Assembly: GCA_030295235.1 (NCBI GenBank)
Contig: AP026123.1
Coordinates: 1,116,001-1,180,000 of the forward strand
Source: Fistulifera solaris
Lineage: Eukaryota
Direction: 5' to 3'
Length of the DNA: 64,000 bases
Notes under the pieces: generated by a model
The model's input: only the letters and a program-made list of their open reading frames with translations
Databases searched by the model: none
Told to the model about the DNA's origin: nothing
Part shown: positions 11,988 through 22,836 of the stretch, one piece after another
How the letters are laid out: each line of letters opens with the position of its first letter
Numbering within the stretch: the first letter of the stretch is position 1
Made by a program: the position numbers and the translations under genes

Positions 11988-13344
11988 ATGTTGCTATCTT
12001 CCAAGAGCGCTAAAGCGATCAATGCTGCATATCAGCGAAAGGGGCGTCACTTGGCGACATCGACCAATTTAGTCAAAACGGCGCTAAATGAATTGCACAA
12101 GGAGCTCGGAGGAGACATGGTGCCTTTCGCCGGATACGAACTTCCCGTCCTTTACAAAGGAGACGGAGTCATGAAGGAGCATTTGTGGTGTAGATCAGAG
12201 GGCAAGGCAAGCCTTTTGATGTTTCTCACATGGGGCAGGTAAGCTTCTGTAGAATTGTGCCGCGTGTCATTTTTCTCGGGTGACATCCTCTCTCACCAGC
12301 AGCATTTGCCCTAGATTCGTTGGCACGGAAAGGATCGTGTTGCATTCCTTGAGCGCATCGTTGTTGGTGATATTGCCGGGCTGGCATCCGGCAGTGGGTG
12401 TCTATCGCTCGTGACGAACGAAAAGGGCGGCATCATTGACGACACTGTCATCACAAACGCCGGTGATTATATTTACATGGTGGTGAACGGGGCTACGAAA
12501 TTCGGTGATATGGAGCACTTCCAGCAGCAAATGAAAGAATTTGGCGGGGATGTTACTATGGAGTATTTGGAAGATTCTATGCAACTCCTAGCCATTCAGG
12601 GTCCCGGAGCGGCTGCTGCTGTCTCAAAAGTACTTCCTTCCACGGTAGACCTCTCCAAAATGCCGTTCATGACAGGGCTTGATACGACCTTAGATGGAGT
12701 TTCTGGCTGTCGTATTACCAGGTAAGTTCTAGGGGATGTCAATCGTCTTTAAAGTCTCTATTTTTCTCACGATCCCGTATGGAAGATGCGGGTACACGGG
12801 CGAGGATGGTTTTGAAATCGCCATGCCGGCAGAGTATGCTGTCTCTATAGCGCAAAGATTGTTGGAAGATGCAACAGTTAAACCCACTGGTCTAGGTGCA
12901 CGTGATTCTCTTCGTTTGGAAGCTGGTTTGTGCTTATACGGACACGATTTGGATGAAACTATCAACCCGGTAGAAGGAGGCTTAGCCTGGACTATGGGTG
13001 GACCCAAATCCCGTCGTCGACTCGAAAAGGGCTTTCTCGGTGCTGAACACATTTTGACTCCGGAAGGAAAATTGAAGGACGTGTCGCAAAAGCGCGTCGG
13101 TATCGTAGGGATGAAGGCACCAGCCCGTGAACACACGGAAATATACAGTGGAGACAAAAAAATCGGCCACGTTACATCGGGAACATTTTCACCTTGCCTA
13201 AAAAAGCCGATAGCCATGGGTTATGTGACAACAGAGTTTGCCAAAGTCGGTACTGAAATTCAACTAAAGATTCGTGACAAGATGCAAAACGCCGTTGTGA
13301 CCAAAATGCCATTCGTGGAGACAAAGTATTTCAAAGGAGCCTAA
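11988..13344 (+). CDS. GCVT: Glycine cleavage system T protein (aminomethyltransferase); introns 12239-12314 and 12722-12785; T missing near 12215
   Basis: Mitochondrial-type leader; MVPFAGYELPV, (L)FDVSHMGQ, GGIIDD, RCGYTGEDGFE, GLGARDSLRLEAG. Confidence 0.96.
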
Positions 13345-14214
13345 TCAATATTAATCGGTTTTGTCGCTTTACAATCTTCGATATGGTTGCACAAAACTAA
13401 GCTACGTCCTTATTTCTATTAAAAATCTCCTAGTTTGTCGTCGAGTTTATTTTGTCAATTCTTTGCCAAAGAGTCTTGCCTCAGATAAGAATAATTATAA
13501 CTTGACGTCTTTAGTCGAGAAATAAATGCCTTGGGGCCAAAGATCCGATCAATCCTATTTTGAAATGAAACTCGGGAATGAATATCCAGTCAGCGGGGCC
13601 GGGCGGCGAGGTCTTATGCACTTTCTATGATAGTATCACTATTGTAAAATAGTACATCTTCCGGCCAATCGAAATCACGAAATCTCTGAAAATGCCGAAG
13701 TTGATGTGAGAAGCCAGAAAGTGCGTAGTGCAGAGTGTCATAGAAAATACTCAATAATTCAAAGTACAAAATAAATCAATAATACAAAATTGTACCGAGA
13801 ATAGAAAAGGTAGTGAGGAATTGACAATAAAGCATACAGTATACTCCGTGTTTCTTACAAGATTCTTTTTATTGGGCGTTCGCCTTCTCCTCTTTTTGTT
13901 CCACTTTGTAGAGCCGCAAACCGCAAACTCCCCTTTCCGCAAACAACAAGGGAAACAATCCTCGAGATCGAGATCGCCTCTTTTATTACCTGGTATACCT
14001 GGTACTGTTGCATGGTATGAAGCCCGCCATCAATTCAACTATTCTTTTACCTAAGAACGATAACACCGCAAGTTTATCCAAGTTCTCGTAACAAGACGGA
14101 AAACCCCCTACCGATTTATTAGAGATCTCAAGAGATTGGCTCTACATTGGGAGCATTATTATCCGTTGCTCAGCGAAATAAACCGTAACCCGTTTACCGT
14201 CGCCGTGAAAAACA

Positions 14215-16077
14215 ATGAAGTCCAGCGTATATACAGATTGCGAAGGTCTGTTGGGAGTTGATGCAGAGGTGAAAGATCTGCTGAAATGCGTCAGTTCATC
14301 AATTAATACCGTACCAGCAGGTGCCCTCAATTTCTCTCGTAGCGTTCTTTTGGTGGTATCGGCAGCGCTGGTCTTCTTTATGCAAGCCGGCTTTGCTATG
14401 TGAGTTAATTGAGATCTATCGCTAACTCTATCATTTCTGATGGCGTTCCTCACAATCTTTTCTTTATTAGGGTCTGTGCGGGTAAGTTAAGAGGCATCGC
14501 GGTGAATTCGTCGCTTTCTTGCTTTTTCCAACTTCGATCACTAATGAAACAATTTCCCTGTACATCCTTTCGCTTCCTTTGTTTCATCTTCTATTTTTTT
14601 CTACAGGTGCCGTTCGTAAAAAGAACGTCCAGAACACAATGTTGAAGAATTTATTGGACGCATGCGGGGCCGTTATTGCTTACTTTGTCGTCGGTTTCGC
14701 GTTTTCGTTCGGGGGCATGGATCCAGAATCGACTCGTACTGACTTTATCGGGAAGGAAAACTTCTTTTTGATGGGCGTTGAAGATTACGCCTTCTGGTTG
14801 TTCCAATATGCTTTTAGCGCGGCATCGGCCACAATTGTTGCCGGTGCATTAGCTGAGCGTTGTCAAATGGCGGCTTATTTGTGTTACTCTCTCATGTTGA
14901 CGGGTTGGGTTTATCCTATCATTGTACATGCAATATGGAATGCAAATGGTTTTCTATCTGCCATGCACATGGAGCCACTATTCGGAGTGGGAATGATTGA
15001 TTTTGCAGGCTCTGGTGTGGTGCACGTCACTGGCGGTTTGACGGCACTGTTCGCCACAGCGATTTTAGGTCCTCGTCGAGGTCGTTTTCACGATGACTCG
15101 GGGAGAAAACTAGACACACCAAAGCCTATCCAAGGATCCTCCGTGGCTCTTCAGGTAAGTTGAAAAGAGAACCGCTTTGACGGGGAATATCGTCTTAGTT
15201 AAATCTTGCTCAACTTTTTTGTTCAAGATGCTCGGTACTTTTATTCTCTGGTTTGGCTGGTATGGATTCAATTGTGGATCCGCCTTGCTGATTGTAAATG
15301 AATATACTGGGTCTACCGTGGCTCTTGCGGCGGTCAACACGACCATGTCAGCTGGAGTGGCCGGTATCACTGCCCTTTTGTGAATTTATGGTATCTGGAG
15401 CGCACTACCGGAGAACCGTTTTTGATTTGACGTACGCTATGAATGGGGCTCTTTCCGGATTGGTTGCGGTCACAGCTGGATGCGGGGTCATTGAGCCGTG
15501 GGCTGCCGTGTTGACTGGAATTGTCGCTGGACTGATTTATATGGTGGGCAGTCGGGGATTAATTATGGTGCGTTTGGACGATGCGGTGGACGCCATTCCC
15601 GTGCACTTGATGAATGGAGTCTGGGGCTGTATTGCCGTTGGTTTGTGGGCTTCTCCGACGCGTATTAGCCGATTTTTTGGACGGGCACCCCATCCGGGAT
15701 GGTTCTACGCTATCCGGGATGGTAATCCTGGCGACATGCGCCTGTTGGGCGCGCAATTGGTAGGATTACTCTTTATCATCGGCTGGGTCATGTCTATCAT
15801 GGTTCCTTTCTTCATATGGCTGGATTGGAAAGGTTGGTTTCGTTCGGATCCTCTGGAGGAGATTGTTGGTTTGGACACTAGCTATCACGGCGGACTGGCT
15901 CTTCTGAACTCCCACCAGGACAGCGTCCAACCCGAATACATTACAGCATTTAAGAAGCAACGGGAGGAAGGAAATCTGAGACGCCGTAACAATCGCGGCG
16001 TAGGTCATGTGGGTACAGCTGGCGATTCCGAAGTTTTTGAAGAGTCGGGGCATGGTGTAACCGAGGATGCCTGCTAA
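14215..16077 (+). CDS. AMT: Ammonium transporter (AMT1 family); exons 14215-14399, 14471-14481, 14607-15154, 15228-16077; two T-run indels near 15378 and 15421
   Basis: Spliced FFMQAGFAMVCAGAVRKKNVQN; DFAGSGVVH, LWFGWYGFN, LDDAVDAIPVH. Confidence 0.96.
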
Positions 16078-16537
16078 ATTTTCGCATCCGCGTTGACATC
16101 ACAAATATTTTTACGTTCAGTCATTTTTTGTTGAAGAGATAAAATAAATTTTAGCACAAGATTTGTAAAGAGATTGATTACGGAGTTAAATGGGAAACAA
16201 GTAACTATTTTTTAGAGTCGGAAACTTAGCTTTGTCGTCTTTTGCTTACGTTGAGCTTACGTCACGTGGTGTCATGTACAGAATACTTGACATCAAGAAG
16301 CCGACGTGGCAAAAAACAAAAAATGAGCGACTTTTTAGCAGAAACGAAACAAGAACAATCGAGCGTTCTTTTGTCGTCGCGCAGAACTCTTTCATTCTTT
16401 TCCCTGTCATGCAATTGCCAAGAAGGAAAAGCTAAACACTTTCAATCAATCGATTAATTCGCAAGTCGTTCTCTGGTGTTTGAAATAAGCGTATTGCGTG
16501 ATATAAGGATATTGTCATTGTGAAAGCAAATACGGTC

Positions 16538-16825
16538 ATGGCATTGCAAAGATTGCTCTCATTTTTCTTGTGGCTCGGTTTTCTAGCGGTCTCCGATGCA
16601 TTTCTTGCACCAGCAAGATCCGCTATCTCTTTGACCCTGCATCTTCATCCTGATCAAGCTGCGGATCTTGAAGCATGTGCCTACGACCTCATGAAACAAG
16701 CTCAAGCTCAGCATGCCAAAGAACGCAAAGCAAATGAAGATATGCGAAAAAGTATGACCGTCAAGGACCGCAAAATTTCCCTTGTTCAGCGGATCTGGGG
16801 AGCTTGTACCAAATTAAAGCCATAA
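16538..16825 (+). CDS. Small hypothetical protein with bipartite plastid-type leader
   Basis: MALQRLLSFFLWLGFLAVSDA-FLAP; 95 aa. Confidence 0.6.
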   Translation: MALQRLLSFFLWLGFLAVSDAFLAPARSAISLTLHLHPDQAADLEACAYDLMKQAQAQHAKERKANEDMRKSMTVKDRKISLVQRIWGACTKLKP

Positions 16826-17465
16826 TTTGATATGTACTTGTTCTCTCATTGATTTATTGTGCGGACAAAAACATCTCATTCCGGGATGGAAATCATGTCT
16901 GGCTTTTCTCAGAAGATCCACACCAATGGCCATTGATTTACACAACAAAACCTCAGAGCTCTTCGAACAGCTTAATAATTATTCCACTGTATTAGATAGA
17001 TTACAAGAGCCATGTCCTTTCATATTTCTAGTTGAAACGATATCTATGGGAATTCACGAGCTTTATGACTTGTTATAGGATAGCAAACCGTTTCGAATAG
17101 AGACACATAGTTTACTCTAGGCTTTGCGGCCAACTTGGTCGCACTGTGTGACAACGCTGCCGCCGACACAGCCAGAATCAAGAAGATCAACGGCATTAGC
17201 GACATAAGGCCCCAGCATTTCGATTAGAGCAAATTCTATGAGAGCGTCGTGGTCTCTGTCTGCATTCAACAATTTATGGGATTCGTAAATCTTTTTGCAG
17301 AACGTCCCGATTTGAAGTGACGGCATCCACTTAGCAATCGATGTACGAAAAAAAGAATCGCTGGACTGTCAGTTGCGATTTTCAACATTCCATGATTTTG
17401 TCTCTGATGAATATTGTGAGTCCTCGCGAGTCGTAAATCAGTCTGTTTCTCCTTCCGTACACCGG

Positions 17466-18277
17466 TCATGAAAGTGTACTAGCGGTAGTCGGAGCTAATT
17501 CGAGAAGTCGCAATTGTGCTGTTTCCAGATGTTCGACTTGCCGATGAAACTTTCCTTGGCGTTTGAGAAAAGCTGTTTGCAGAATTTGAAGGACGTCTCC
17601 ATGTGCTACCAACACAAAAACATGGTTGCCGCTGTATATTTTGTCAAGATCAATAACGCAACTGGTTGCTCTCTGTGTCACCGAATCGACAGATTCTACC
17701 CCATCAATGGTGTGCGAAGAGTCGATCTCGTCATTCTTCCAAACGCGAGGGTAATTCGAGTCGCTCTGACCGTCCCAGATGCCGAACCCTCGCTCTCTTA
17801 ATCTAGGATCGAGAGTAAGTTCAACAGCGCAACCTGCATCCTGAAGCGATTTCTGAACCGTTGTTGCAGTTTCCACAGCACGAAGAAGGTCCGACGAGAC
17901 CAATGTTACCTTCTGCCCTTCCGAAGCCGACAAAGCTGTCCTCCAGCCCTTTTCGCCTGCTCGAATCCTTCGGAACTCAAACCGTACATCGAGCACGCTA
18001 CATCTGGACTGGCTGCAATAATTCCCGCTTCGTTTGCCAGAGATCTTCCGTGTCGTAACGCATAAAATGTATTACAGAGCGCCGAGCGATTGTGTAGTAG
18101 ATTACAGGAAGTCTCATCTTGCGTAAGCGAAAGAAACGTCTTTTGAGTTCGTAACGAGACTTGATGTTCGAAAGGAACAACAGTCGCTATTTTGCAGCGG
18201 CTGAATGCATCAATCTCGGAACGAGTGAAGAGAAGAATCACAAGGATAAGAGACGTCGACACACCTCGGATTGTCAT
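17466..18277 (-). CDS. Histidine phosphatase superfamily (phosphoglycerate mutase-like) protein with leader; frameshift near 17915
   Basis: ALRHG motif, SSDLLRAVETA, LRERGFG.WDG, ESVDSV..R, LVAHGD; leader MTIRG..EIDA-F. Confidence 0.88.
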
Positions 18278-18475
18278 TGAAACGGAATTACCAAGACCAC
18301 CGAGTGTTTTTGATTTATTAGCGATTGTTTGTAGCTTTATTGACGTTATCTGGTAAGAACCATTACCAGGTAGGCTCAAGTCAAAGCAGCACAAGCATTG
18401 TTTTTGGGTCATGAAAAAATTTACTGCGGCGGCGCCTGTGAGGCGTAAAAGTTGTATGAACGGTGTGACGCGATA

Positions 18476-20068
18476 CGAATGTCTACGTGTTTTTACGTAG
18501 CTCTCGTAGGGAAATTTATCGAAAGAGGGACCCGAATATTGTGTAATTCGATCACACCACTTTCCGCGTCTTTTGGACACCAATGTCAACAATGCTTTGC
18601 CCAACATCGCTAAAGCAAGCCGAGGAACAGTAATCGACTTTGCGTTGACAGTGAAACACGAAACAGTAGGAAAATACAACGCTCCCATTCTACGTAGCCG
18701 CCGTAGTAAATTATTTTAAATATGTAAGCTAGACTTTAGAGATCTCGAGACTCTCAAGTCGGCGGCTATGCCGCTCATTGGTGGCTTGCGCCACCAGCTT
18801 CAATCTCAAAACGTCGATGCAGGAGACGAGTAGTCTAACTGAATTCTTATCAGATGTATCAAGTAGACTAGTCTATAGATAGTAATGGCCAGAATTTACT
18901 ATGCTTACGTCCTATCCCTACAAGAGAACCGAATCCCTAACACAAGTTAGAGAAACACAACTAACCCAGTACAGTGTACGATGGATGAAATCCATTGAAC
19001 ATCGAACCGTTGCCAGGTCACGCATGTTAGCAGTGAGCCCAGTGCACAGATGTCAACGCTGCGTTGCGAACCGTATTGGCTTCGTATCGCTTAGCAATAT
19101 TCGTCATCGATTTGAAAACAAAACGCTGACCGAACGAATGATGCAACGCTTCAAATGTCTACGTAATTTCACGTAGCTCTCGTAGGGAAATTTATCGACA
19201 GAGGGGGTACCCGGATATTGTGTTATTTCGATCACACCGTTAAACGCGTCTTTTGGACATTAATGTCAACAATGCTTTGACCAACATCGCTAATGCGAGC
19301 CATGAAACAATAATTGACTTTGATTTGACAGTGAAACATGAAACAGTACAAAGATACAACGCGTCTAGTGTCTACGCGTATTTTACGTAGCCGCCGTAGG
19401 AAATTTATCTCTGCAGGGGTACCCGGAGATTTCATTTTTACGCACTCATCCAATTCATGGCTTTCCAGTGCACAGATATCAACGTTTTTCTGCCCACCGT
19501 ATTTGCTTCGTGTCAAAGCGCAATGAACGCCATCGATTTGAAAACAGAACGTTGATGGAACGAATGATGCCACGCTTCGAATGTCTACGTAATTTCACGT
19601 AGCTCTCGTAGGAAATTTATCGACAGAGGGGGTACCCGGATATTGTGTTATTTCGATCACACCGTTAAACGCGTCTTTTGGACATTAATGTCAACAATGC
19701 TTTGACCAACATCGCTAATGCGAGCCATGAAACAATAATTGACTTTGATTTGACAGTGAAACATGAAACAGTACAAAGATACAACGCGTCTAGTGTCTAC
19801 GCGTATTTTACGTAGCCGCCGTAGGAAATTTATCTCTGCAGGGGTACCCGGAGATTTCATTTTTACGCACTCATCCAATTCATGGCTTTCCAGTGCACAG
19901 ATATCAACGTTTTTCTGCCCACCGTATTTGCTTCGTGTCAAAGCGCAATGAACGCCATCGATTTGAAAACAGAACGTTGATGGAACGAATGATGCCACGC
20001 TTCGAATGTCTACGTAATTTCACGTAGCTCTCGTAGGGAAATTTATCGACAGAGGGGGTACCCGGATA
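18476..20068. repeat. 213-bp-period repeat array (alternating A/B units forming a 425-426-bp dimer, about 2.3 near-identical dimers at 19040-20068) plus a diverged detached unit at 18476-18712
   Basis: Core tctacg..acgtag..cgtagg(g)aaatttatc starts at 18482, 19158, 19371, 19584, 19796 and 20009; identical ORF pairs 425 bp apart in the ORF track. Confidence 0.95.
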
Positions 20069-20603
20069 TAATCAGCGGTCGAAACGATGCTTTATTTGGA
20101 AGGATACAGATACAGGGGGAGCGCAGATAGCATCAGAATGTACTGTGCCGACTTACTTTTCCAATTGGGCGACAAGCCGTCTGGTAATTAGTAAGGTAAT
20201 AGGGATACTGTAATAATGCAATCAAGTCTTCGAAAGCAATAGAAAAATGAAGTCAAATGCGATGAGCTGCGTAGACCTAGTACATCAAAATCAAATGTAT
20301 TAAAATACATTCAATGTATTATTACGTGTGACGTACAGTCAAATGCATGGCATGTCCGTTGTATCGGTTCGCGCCAAAGAAACTAGGGAATGCTTAGGAA
20401 AAGTAAAACGGTAAATAACGTTCAACTGAAAAGGAAACAAGATGTTTTGTTTTCGCTGGTTATAGGAAAGAGTTACTGACCCGTAAAAATGGCGCGCCCA
20501 GCTAATTATTTTGTAAACACGTTTCGCTGGTTATAGACCCATAAAATTTTTTTTTCGCTGGGTACAAGTATAAACAAATTCTCCATGACGAGATTAGGGG
20601 CGC

Positions 20604-21105
20604 TATTTCTGATCATACAGAATTATGTGCTGGTCCAGAATATCTGGACCAGCTTGTTCGATCCGACCGAAATGCTGTGCACGTTCCAGGAATTGCTGAC
20701 ACGTTTATTTGGATCCAAACGAAAGAAAGTACGCATTCCAGAAATTCTGGAAACTACGTTTTGGATCCAAACGAAAGAGAGTGCAGGTTCCAGATATTCT
20801 GAATACGTTATTTCTGATCATACAGAAATTCTGTGGTGGTCCAGAATATCTGGACCAGCTTGTTCGATCCGACCGAAATGCTGTTCACGTTCCAGGAATT
20901 GCTGACACGTTTATTTGGATCCAAACGAAAGAAAGTACGCATTCCAGAAATTCTGGAAACTACGTTTTGGATCCAAACGAAAGAGAGTGCAGGTTCCAGA
21001 TATTCTGAATACGTTATTTCTGATCATACAGAAATTCTGTGGTGGTCCAGAATATCTGGACCAGCTTTTTCGATCCGACCGAAATGCTGTTCACGTTCCA
21101 GAATT
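20604..21105. repeat. Higher-order tandem repeat: 206-bp unit (about 2.4 copies) built from four diverged 50-52-bp monomers
   Basis: Unit starts at 20604, 20809 and 21015; monomers share gatc...ttccag(a/g)a.att.tg; detached monomers at about 21400-21480. Confidence 0.92.
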
Positions 21106-21682
21106 TCGTGACAAGGTGTTTTAGGCGAAACGTTTGATGGCGACGAAGATATTAGTGCAAGTAAACGAGAAGAAAAGGAAGGGTCTGAAAGTGATGATGA
21201 TTCAAGATCAACCTCAAGTAGAAGAAATAACGGAGAAATTGAGGAAGTGGACGGTGGCGATCACATTAATGAAGTAGATAATGTTGGTTAATAGAGATGT
21301 GGCCAGATGGGTCTATGGTGTCAGACGTCAGACTCTCTTCGGAGGGTCTGGCACTGGCATCGCCCGTTGGAGCCTGGTTGACACACACCACACACACACG
21401 TCCAAACGAAAGAAAGCGCACACTCCAAAAATGCTGGAAACTATGTTTTGGATCACAACGAAAGAAAGTGCACGTTCCATGCCTTAATAAACGAGACGAA
21501 GGACGTTGCTTGGTATACATGGTACCGGTACGCTTTACGTTTCCTTGTTTCGTGGTCGATACCGGGACGCGCATGTCTATGTGAAAGAAAAATACAATTT
21601 GCCTCTTTAGAGCAAGACTACAACAGCAGAGCCGTCAGAAACGCCTCGAAAGCTCAAATATTCAAAGGCTTTATCAAAGCAT

Positions 21683-22375
21683 TTAGCAATTTTGAATGAG
21701 TAGTGATGTGTCTTTGTATATGTCTTCCACTGACCGATCTGAGGCAATTTTGCGAACTTTCCCTTCCTTCTCGTAAAGCGCAACGATAGGACCTTCTTCA
21801 TCTCGATAAGTCTGGAAACGTTTTCGGATAACTTCAACAGTATCATCATTTCGACCAGAAGTTTTGCCTCTCTCTAGCAGTCTTCCGACCAAGACTTCTT
21901 CTGGGCACTCGAAACACAAAACCAATTTTTCTTGGTGTCGTGACATAGTAGTCTTCCACGCATCAGCATTCCCTATAGAACGCGGAAAGCCATCAATCAA
22001 AAACTTATCGATTCCATGCTCTTTGTATGCATCTTCCATTGCATTTTCGATGAGCTTGCAGGTGACTTCCGAGGGTACTAATTGTCCGTTCGCAATTTTT
22101 TCATTAATTAGATCGCCCAGTTCTCCTCCTTTCTTCCGCTCAGCACGCAACAAATCGCCTGCGGATAAGTGCGCCCAGCCTGGAAGTCGTTCCGACAACA
22201 GTTGACACTGCGTTCCCTTTCCAGCACCGGGGCCTCCAAGTACAAAGACAACTTGGCAACTGGGCAAAGCAGATAACAATGCCTTCTCATGCTCTTCACG
22301 ACGAAGTTTCAGCGTCATCAAATACGCTGAGCCCACGAATACACCCAGTGAGAACGGGCAGAAAGTTAAGCGCAT
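21683..22375 (-). CDS. UMP-CMP kinase (adenylate kinase family)
   Basis: VFVLGGPGAGKGTQC, HLSAGDLLRAE, FLIDGFPR, SGRNDD. Confidence 0.95.
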   Translation of the reverse strand: MRLTFCPFSLGVFVGSAYLMTLKLRREEHEKALLSALPSCQVVFVLGGPGAGKGTQCQLLSERLPGWAHLSAGDLLRAERKKGGELGDLINEKIANGQLVPSEVTCKLIENAMEDAYKEHGIDKFLIDGFPRSIGNADAWKTTMSRHQEKLVLCFECPEEVLVGRLLERGKTSGRNDDTVEVIRKRFQTYRDEEGPIVALYEKEGKVRKIASDRSVEDIYKDTSLLIQNC

Positions 22376-22447
22376 GGTTTTAGAATAGAAATCAATTACT
22401 GACTTTTAATAGCAACGAAGACAATCAATGAACGAAGAGCGCGTTGC

Positions 22448-22475
22448 AATAACGAATAACGAATAACGAATAACG
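22448..22475. repeat. (AATAACG)4 heptamer microsatellite in the divergent promoter region
   Basis: Read directly from the sequence. Confidence 0.85.
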
Positions 22476-22836
22476 ACGTGATGTCGAAATACAAGTACCG
22501 TTACGAGGAAACCTTTGAGTGTTTGGACATTGCCCGCGCGCATCGTGTAAGTACCACTAAGTGCACGCCGGGGGCTATAATTACATAGAGAAGCTACGCT
22601 ACTTATTTAAGCTTAAAACGTCTTATGATTGACGCGCGAGGTCATGCTCACCTTTCGCTCATGTTCAGTCACATCGTCAAAAAATAATGCAACCAAGCTC
22701 ATTGACAAGACTTTAATTGACGAGAACAAATCAAATCATTACTATTCATACAAAAACAATCTTAGAAGTAAGTGAAAACAGGAAAACACACATGTAAAAA
22801 TGAACGCTGCTTAAGTCCTTTCTCTTTGCCGAAAGA

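Noticed and set aside
17117..17326. 69-aa minus-strand ORF with protein-like composition
   Set aside because: No recognisable motif, and no convincing start or continuation.
18278..18688. N-terminal extension of the histidine phosphatase ORF
   Set aside because: It runs through the repeat unit and promoter motif; the ATG at 18277 gives a proper signal peptide.
18864..18875. Palindrome TAGACTAGTCTA and related CTAG-rich words in intergenic DNA
   Set aside because: Too variable to define a motif by eye; possible Helitron-like ends not supported by matching termini.
19232..19998. Duplicate 113-aa and 62-aa ORFs as functional genes
   Set aside because: They are slices of the repeat bounded by stops and frameshifts; treated as relic coding signal only.
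19158..20068. CRISPR-like repeat-spacer reading of the 213-bp array
   Set aside because: The spacers are about 150 bp, homologous to each other and repeated; eukaryotic context; no cas genes.
18300..21650. Repeat island as a centromere
   Set aside because: Described diatom centromeres are marked by low GC, and I cannot see or compute a clear GC trough; needs CENH3 data.
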